Below are positions 56,672 to 64,000 of a stretch of 64,000 bases of DNA, piece after piece. Location of the stretch: contig NMRA01000846.1 of the NCBI GenBank assembly GCA_002633005.1, positions 35,317-99,316 on the forward strand. Reading direction: 5' to 3'. The notes below the pieces were generated by a model. That model was given only the letters and a program-made list of their open reading frames with translations. It searched no databases and was not told the origin of the DNA. Every line of letters begins with the position of its first letter. The stretch's first letter is position 1. Both the position numbers and the translations under genes were made by a program. Source of the DNA: Phoronis australis. Lineage: Eukaryota; Animalia; Phoronida.

Positions 56672-58152
56672 GCACACAATATACTACAGCAAGGAAAAGT
56701 ACAATAATAGCCTGCTTATCTAAGTGTCGTTCAATATTCTCACGTAGATGGATATTTCCAAAAAAGCTGACGCTGAAAAAAAATCAGTGGTTGTCTCTAC
56801 TATACCAAACTTCATTTTCTAAAAAAATGCAAAGCAAAATGTCTACAGATCGCAAAATCAATTATTTGAAAGCATGGCAAAGTGCCCTGCATGGAGACAA
56901 AGCGTTAGGATCTCGGAATTCAAATAAAGCACCAACTTATCATCCCCAGAAATGTTGTAGAGATGAGTTATTGAAAAAAATCATGTATAGTATCTCCTAT
57001 GGACCTGTCTGTGGGCAGTTTGAACCATCTCTGGACTGCTTATACAGAAAATTAAATTTACAGGAAATGACAAAATAACTTAAAAGGATACCAAACCCGG
57101 TTATGGCATATTAATAGATACTAAAAACGACTTTCCCATTCAGTTCTCTGAAACAAAATAATGCTCTGTAAACTTCGACAACTTTCCAAAGTTTGGAAGA
57201 AATTTTGAAAACTTGACTTTTCAACGTCTGCAAAACGGGCAAGCGTGACCTACGATTTTAGCGAATTACACGATAACTGTGGGAAAGACCACCAACCAAG
57301 GACCGTAATATCCAATTTGTGAGACAGTATAAGTTTTCAGTTAATTCCTGCTTTTATCTTTCAAGATTGACGCCACTGATGAATCAGCAGGTGACAGGTC
57401 GATGATTAGTTGAAATCGTCGAAACAGGATTTAGTGTACTTTTAAACCATACTGTCAGTATCTATTCTACAACAACACATTTTCTACAAGACGTGAACCT
57501 AATAGGTCATCTAGAGAAATATCAACTAGTTAAAACTGTACATCTTCCTGTTTAGCTGGTTAAAAACGAAAATCGAATCAGGCCTTTTATTCTCATAAGT
57601 CGACCTTATGATAATCTTTACTGTGATAGGATTCTATTTCCGTTTCCAACATCGAAACCATCAGTGACTCAAAAAATGTTTCACAATTTATTGCAGTTGG
57701 CCTATCCTAAAATTGCGAATTAGAAAACGGCGCATGTACGTATTTGCCTTTGGCTTGCGTTAGTAAAGGAAGCGTAATTCTGTCACGGTGTGACCGGTTT
57801 TATGAGAGGAGAAGGCCTAACTAGACTTTTTTGTTTTTGTTGCATACCAATTCAAACAATTTAATGAAATTCAAAGGTTCAGTTTAACTAGGTAGACGAA
57901 TGATCCTGGGATAGACAACATTTGAAGTTCAAAAACAAAGCCAAAAACTTTAACATTGTGAATGAAATCCTCTATTGTGACTACATTGAAGTTACAGGAA
58001 GTGGGTCATGACCATACGATATCGTGGCTCACGTTTTTTTTTCACGATTAATACAAAAATGATGTACGCTTTTGGTCGTAGTAAGAGACAGCATTATCTG
58101 GTATGTTGGCGACTTGCCCGGCTGGTGGCAGTAACCACTGGTTATCTCGCAC

Positions 58153-58683
58153 AATAGCTGACTTTCGAAATAGCCGCACCATATTGAAATTCACTATCTC
58201 GGCAGACGGCAGTAAGATCGACAGGCGTTCAGTCCCAAGTAATGCGGACGGAAGGTTTCAATCTACTGGTATAAACAGCGTTTTAACACCTTTCCTGCTA
58301 TCATAATGCAGAAAAATTTTCACTGATATGTGGTAGGATGTACTAATGGTTTACGAAAAAAGACAAACCTCTCGAAACATCCACGAAAGAAGGGCATCGT
58401 GTCCCTTTACATTTCCCATTGCGAAGAATCTGCGGCAGCATCATTGTCAGAGAATGAGGGGAAATTTTGATCCCAACCGGCGTCATAAAGCAAAAAATAA
58501 ATTAGTGAACTTAACTTAATCAAACAACGGTAGGGGTTGACAGTGAGATTTATTCCTCTGTTTTTAAAATGAACCACTGCGTTGTGGTGAATTTCTGCCC
58601 ACCGAATCTGAGTCGGGATCAATCGGAAGTCGCTTTCGCGCTCTCATTACAATAGAGAGCGCCGATATGAAAAGTCCGCTATT
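58153..58683 (+). mobile_element. Non-autonomous DNA element carrying a THAP stub, copy 2 (more decayed)
   Basis: Shares gcaccatattgaaattc, taaacagcgtttta, atgaaccactgcgt and gagagcgcc with 26858-27354; TIR aatagctgactttc / gaaaagtccgctatt. Confidence 0.7.
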
Positions 58684-61600
58684 CCCTTGAATTATCCGCT
58701 CAGCAATTCAATAAGTTCACCTACCTACATTAAACCATTGCTTTGCCACGAGAACTCGTTTTCACCTTGATTCGAAACAGGATTGAGCCAATGTCGTGTT
58801 GTTACCACCCACCGGCACTGACGTGAACGCTGGCCTGATTGTATCTGGTCGTCACGTGAACGAAATCACCGAAGGTAATCCATTAAAGCAGAAGGCACCA
58901 AATATACTGATCATGGGGCCATTTCAGCGTTGAATGACGTTAACCTTGTTTACTTTGCTTTATTTATTGTTGTTTATGTTAAGTTGAGTGTCATTAATGT
59001 GTTCTGACGTTTGTTATCGCATTGCAATTCCTAAAGCCTGTTGTGTCTCTGTGCCGTCACCAATTCAAAAACAGAAGCTATATACGTCAATCAGTCGAGC
59101 ACATTTGCAACAGAGACAAAAAAAAACATCGTGTGAAATCGGTAACAGATTGACATTTGCAGCTACCAAATGAACAACTTCCAAGCAACAGAGGTACCCT
59201 CTGTCACAGCGCCACCTATAGAGCAGAGTGGCTCAGTGAAAAGATTACAATCGACAGGCATGAAAGGGCGAAATTGTATGGAATTCATTCTGTGTAGATG
59301 GGGATGCATTACTGTGCATTTCTCATTATCAACCAATAAGAATATCTGAATTTTATATTCCAACCGATCGGAATGTCCGAATGTTGCTTCGTTCCGTTAA
59401 CCAATGAAAAGCCATGTTACATGACCCTTTGAGGCTGCTTCACGTAGCACTGGGAAGGAGTGTACAGAGATAAAGTCGCTTACTTCACTAACATTTATAG
59501 TATGAATGATAAAGAGAACTAACGTTCGTTGCAAAACAGTCCTGTACAGAGCTCGTCAGTTATAACAATGATTTCCGAATCATTATTTTGAAAACAAGGC
59601 GATAAAACTTATGTTTGAACGTTTTAGGCCATGGACCGTAAGCCACAGGAGGCTTAAAAAACCACATCCGTAACCATTTTTAGGTGGGCAATTTTGTTTT
59701 GGCGTATTATAAAATGAATCCCAAATTCCTGGATTCATGGGCCTCAGTTGGTAGTGAAATCTGGAACTACAATTCCAAACATTTTGTACTATCGTTATAA
59801 CAATAAATGTAGTACCAATCTGACAATGTCACCTGTTAATTCGATAACACAATACAAATATTTCATCAATGTAATTGGAAAGAACTCGTTCCTGGAATAA
59901 GATCATTAAGCTTACACAAGATAGTGATAATGGATTCCCCAACTCAAATTAATTAGAATTACAGATCTTTCATACCTTCCTTACTAAACCTCTTGAACAT
60001 TTGAATAACCCCAACACAACAGTTTTGTTACTTAGCGTTTTCCAAAAATAAAGAGAACCCTAAAACTTCAAGAGAGTAGGTGAGTTTTAACGCGATAGCA
60101 ACTGATACTTATTGTAGTTTTGGTCACCCAAAAAGAACTTCCTCTACTTTTAGAATGTTTGGATTATTGCAAAGTTGGTTTTATTTCGTTTCAAAGGAAA
60201 ACGCATTTTCTAATAATAAAATTGAGTACAGTGCCAAAACGGAATGAAAAAAGAGATCGTCCCTGAATCTCCAGCCCTTTTATTCTCCAATCTCACTACC
60301 TCTCTGGCGATGCTCCCTCCCCCCAACCTGTTGATATCTGTCCGAGAAATTTGAGCCGGGATAACGTCGAGAGGGGAGAACCTGAGAACGGGATAACATG
60401 GAAACGAGACAACACTGAATATGGATGAGATATCACGGGAAATACCGCTATGGACCGGAAATTCGTAAAAAATCGATACAACGGAAAAAACCCACTGACG
60501 TTTTGAAAACTGGAGTTGAAATAAATTTTGCTATTAATGAGGATGTTTTGCAAATTAGATCATTTTGTATTTTGACAGATGTTATTGACTGACTGTGGTA
60601 AAAATATTTAATCAATTCCACGCAAGTTTCAGAAGTTTGAAAGTATCCGAACATGGATTAAATCTACTTTTCTAAAAGTGCTTCGAATGGAACATACTTC
60701 ACAAGTTTACAAAACATGTAAGAGCGTGTGAAACGGATTAAAATATTGCGGAGTCACTGAGTGCATATATTTTCACCACGATAAAAACATTCAAAGGGTG
60801 CAGATATCAGGAGACCTGAGAAGCTAAATATTTTGTCTAATATAAGCTTCACATTTTCTTCAACATGATCATGTGAATATTGCAAAAATGACAACATTCA
60901 GCAGCTGCTGAATTTCTTTTACGTTGCTTTGCTCATCCTGATTTTGTCGTGTGACAGTGAAGTCAGAGACCAGACTAGACCAAAAGTACTAACAAACAAC
61001 TGATGACACACATAAACTCATTAGACTCTTTAAACAAAGTCATTCTTCAAAATCACAGCTGTTTGCTCAAAATAAGAGAACTGATCAGGTGAATTTACTG
61101 TTTTAAAATGCATGCAGTATTCATCAACATCAACAAATGATTACGCGGCTATATTGAAATAGTTCGGTACCTTCTGAATTTCTGAGCATGTGATTGGCTA
61201 AAGAGACAGAATACAGTGCCACCTGTTGCTAATAATGCTATGCTAGGAGGGCATCCGCTTTTTTACAAAAAAAGTGTGCAACTTAAAATGTGGGTACTTC
61301 TCAAATATCGAATGATCGAACATATATCTAGATGCACCGGAAAAAGGAAGTTGCCACCCGACTGACGTGAAAAGACTGGACTTGCGGCCTATTTCGAAAA
61401 AAGCAATTTTCCCAATTTTGAAAACAACATTCCTTGAATACAGTATGGATCTTATTAAGACGTCTTCGACATTTGCCTTTAAAACGTAGTGAAAAGCACA
61501 AAGGTTACATTGCAATCGATCAAAGATAATATTTCCTTGTTTGACCGACTTTCAACCGTCATTTTTCGGTCGGCGACATAGTTCGATGTCGACTATTATT

Positions 61601-64000
61601 TCAGCTTGTTTCTGTTTTAGAATTTACCCTTGCACTGCATAGTTTAGGGTCGCGCACAGCAGTTAACAAGGCTGTTGGTAAGGTTAATGCGTGACGTAAA
61701 GTATTATGCCAATTTCATTGGGCAATTTACGTTGTATTATTGACAACGCATATTTCTCAGTACAGCGCAACTGTGACTAACATAGTCAAGTCACTTCTTT
61801 GCTGGCCTCTTTCAGAGAACACACGCGCGATAGAGGATAGGTTCTTTGAGTCAACATTATATTCTGGAAATAAAAATTGGCAGCACAATTTTAACATTTT
61901 GGATCAAATCAGATAAAGAATTTTCTCTTAAAAAGGCAAAATTTTGGCTGTGGCCGAGAACGACTGCTTCCTGCATATACAATGTAATTTATAAGCAGCT
62001 ATACATAAAGAATAGAGTCATACAAGAACCACAATTTCCAGATTTCTTGTAGCAACAGGCGCATGTACAATGTAACAACCACTGGCTTGCACGGCGTGCC
62101 TTGGCACTCAATAGTTTATTAGCCACAATCGATTTTACTCCCTCCAATTCCATTAGAAGTTGCTGACTGCTGGTCTTGGCCGCCGGGTGTTCTCAGACTT
62201 GTACTGCGTGCGAACTTAATTTGACATTTGGTTAATTTCGAGTCTGTTTTCAGTGAATAAAAGCAATTCGACAAATACTGTCGCCCGGGCGAGTGCGACA
62301 AATACATGCCGCCAGGTGGACCTGTTAGTGAAGCACTCATTTTACTCGAAATTGAACTCTAAAATAATTTTGAAATTTTCCGTTCAATCAACTGATATAA
62401 TAAGTCTCTGTTGTTCCGACTGTGGTCCAGTATGTCATGCTTTACACGGGTGACTGTAATCCTATATTGCACTTGGCGATCCTAACACTATAGCCATGAG
62501 TTTGAGTTTGAACTTGGAATTTCTAGTTATTACTCGACATCTCGAGTTATTACACGAAATCTCGAGTTTTAGCTTTGTAGTTTCAATTTAAGAGTCACCA
62601 AGTGCATGTTTGGACTGTATAGTGATTTCCGTTATTCGTAATATACTCAAACAGAGAATAACAGATAATTATCTCGAGTTACTATTAAAGGAGAACGCCA
62701 ACTGACAAATTTTCGAGTCCGATTTCTTTTAAATGGCTGAATCCCGGTCCCTACATTTGATATTTGTCGCTTGCATCAATTTTAACTTTTCGTTATTGAT
62801 TGGAGAATAAAAATATTTCTTAGATACTCGGGATTTTTAGATAGAGTTTTAATAACTAAAAGCAAGTAGGTCTTTCGGGCCGTGGAAAGATAAAACGTCA
62901 GTTTTAATCGAAGTTTCAGTTTCGGAAATCGTGCTACAGCTCATGAGTAGCGCAGTTCATTCACAGAGAAAATTGCCAGCCACTAAATTTGAAATGAACG
63001 TGACCTCGGGGACATCATCGGCGAGAAGAATGACTTTCCGAGACCAGCCTCAACGCAGACTCGAACCTCCAACCCTCGCTATCTCAGTCTAAACCTGTGC
63101 AGGTGGATCAAAACCTCACCCAAAAAAAGGAGCAATATTTCAGTGATATCTAAAGCTACATTTCGCCCTGTTAAGTTGGCTGAAAACGAAAATCGAATTG
63201 GGGCTCTTTCTCTTACAAAATGAATCGCATAATATTCATTACCGTGACAGGATTTTATGTCTATTACCATAGCACTATTTTCGATTTCGTATCTTAGAGG
63301 TTGACCAACCCTAATAAATTTTAATGCGTTCTCTAGTCCCTCATGGGTTTCGATGTATTTTTGGTAAAAGAATAGAAATACTATCACGGTGAAGAATACT
63401 GCGAGACCATTAGAAAAATGCATAATTCGATTTTTCGTTTTTAGCTAGCTAAATAATGAGAAATGCAACGCCCTTTTTCTCAAAGAATATCTTCAGACAA
63501 CGGCGAAAACCTGTAATGAAACCTCAAAACCACGGCAGGTTTTGTTGTTTGGTAGGTCATAACTTCAAGAAGTCAATCTCATCCAACAATAGTACCAAAA
63601 ATGCACTCTTCGGCCGTAAAACCAATAGTTTTCCTTAAACACACAAACTGTTTGTACGCTGACTTCAAAACATCATCAATCAGATGAAATTTTGTGAGTG
63701 AAGACGAAGAAAATGTCATGTCAATATTACATGTGGGTTAGTGTGAATCTTAAAGGCACTATTTCCGCTTCATTTTTGTTAAAAACTTCATGAAACGGAT
63801 CTTTACGCAAACACTTTTATTCGAAACCTAAGCCCAAATAATAGCCTTTGCCATGGCATCGAATTTTTTTATAGTGAACTGAATTTAATACAGATTTTTT
63901 TAGCTTAATTTTTTCATTTTGTGTGGTGCACCAAGAAATAAATGGATGCCGGACGAAGTGTCAATCGAAGATTCGAGTGTCGAATATGAACTTGGAGTTT

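Noticed and set aside
62685-63760. Kolobok-like element starts (TTAAAGG)
   Set aside because: No matching right-hand TIR identified in the window

Overview
Eukaryotic, intron-rich, repeat-rich DNA from a draft, heterozygous assembly, very probably a bilaterian invertebrate; most ORFs in the supplied track are spurious. Two convergent spliced genes can be reconstructed by hand. (1) The 3' part of a medium-chain (zinc-type) alcohol dehydrogenase on + (exons 39-102, 824-942, 2333-2482 [repeated at 3001-3150], 5259-5372). (2) A class B1 (secretin-family) peptide-hormone GPCR of the CRF/DH44 receptor type on -, with 11 phase-consistent GT-AG exons from 25505 down to 8936. Candidate upstream exons lie at 29607-29652 and about 42793-43049, the latter encoding a signal peptide interrupted by a 1-nt frameshift. 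The rest is non-coding: many MITE-like elements, THAP-domain transposon stubs, a decayed Ty3/Gypsy element with integrase apparently upstream of RT, an LTR with a tRNA-Lys primer-binding site, simple repeats, three near-identical duplications around single Ns (probable haplotype-join artefacts) and a 746-nt gap. I found no CRISPR array, rRNA, intact tRNA or convincingly new multi-gene system. The most unusual signals are a degenerate ~75-bp repeat array pairing a palindrome with a CTCF-like motif, and several departures of the receptor from class B1 consensus.
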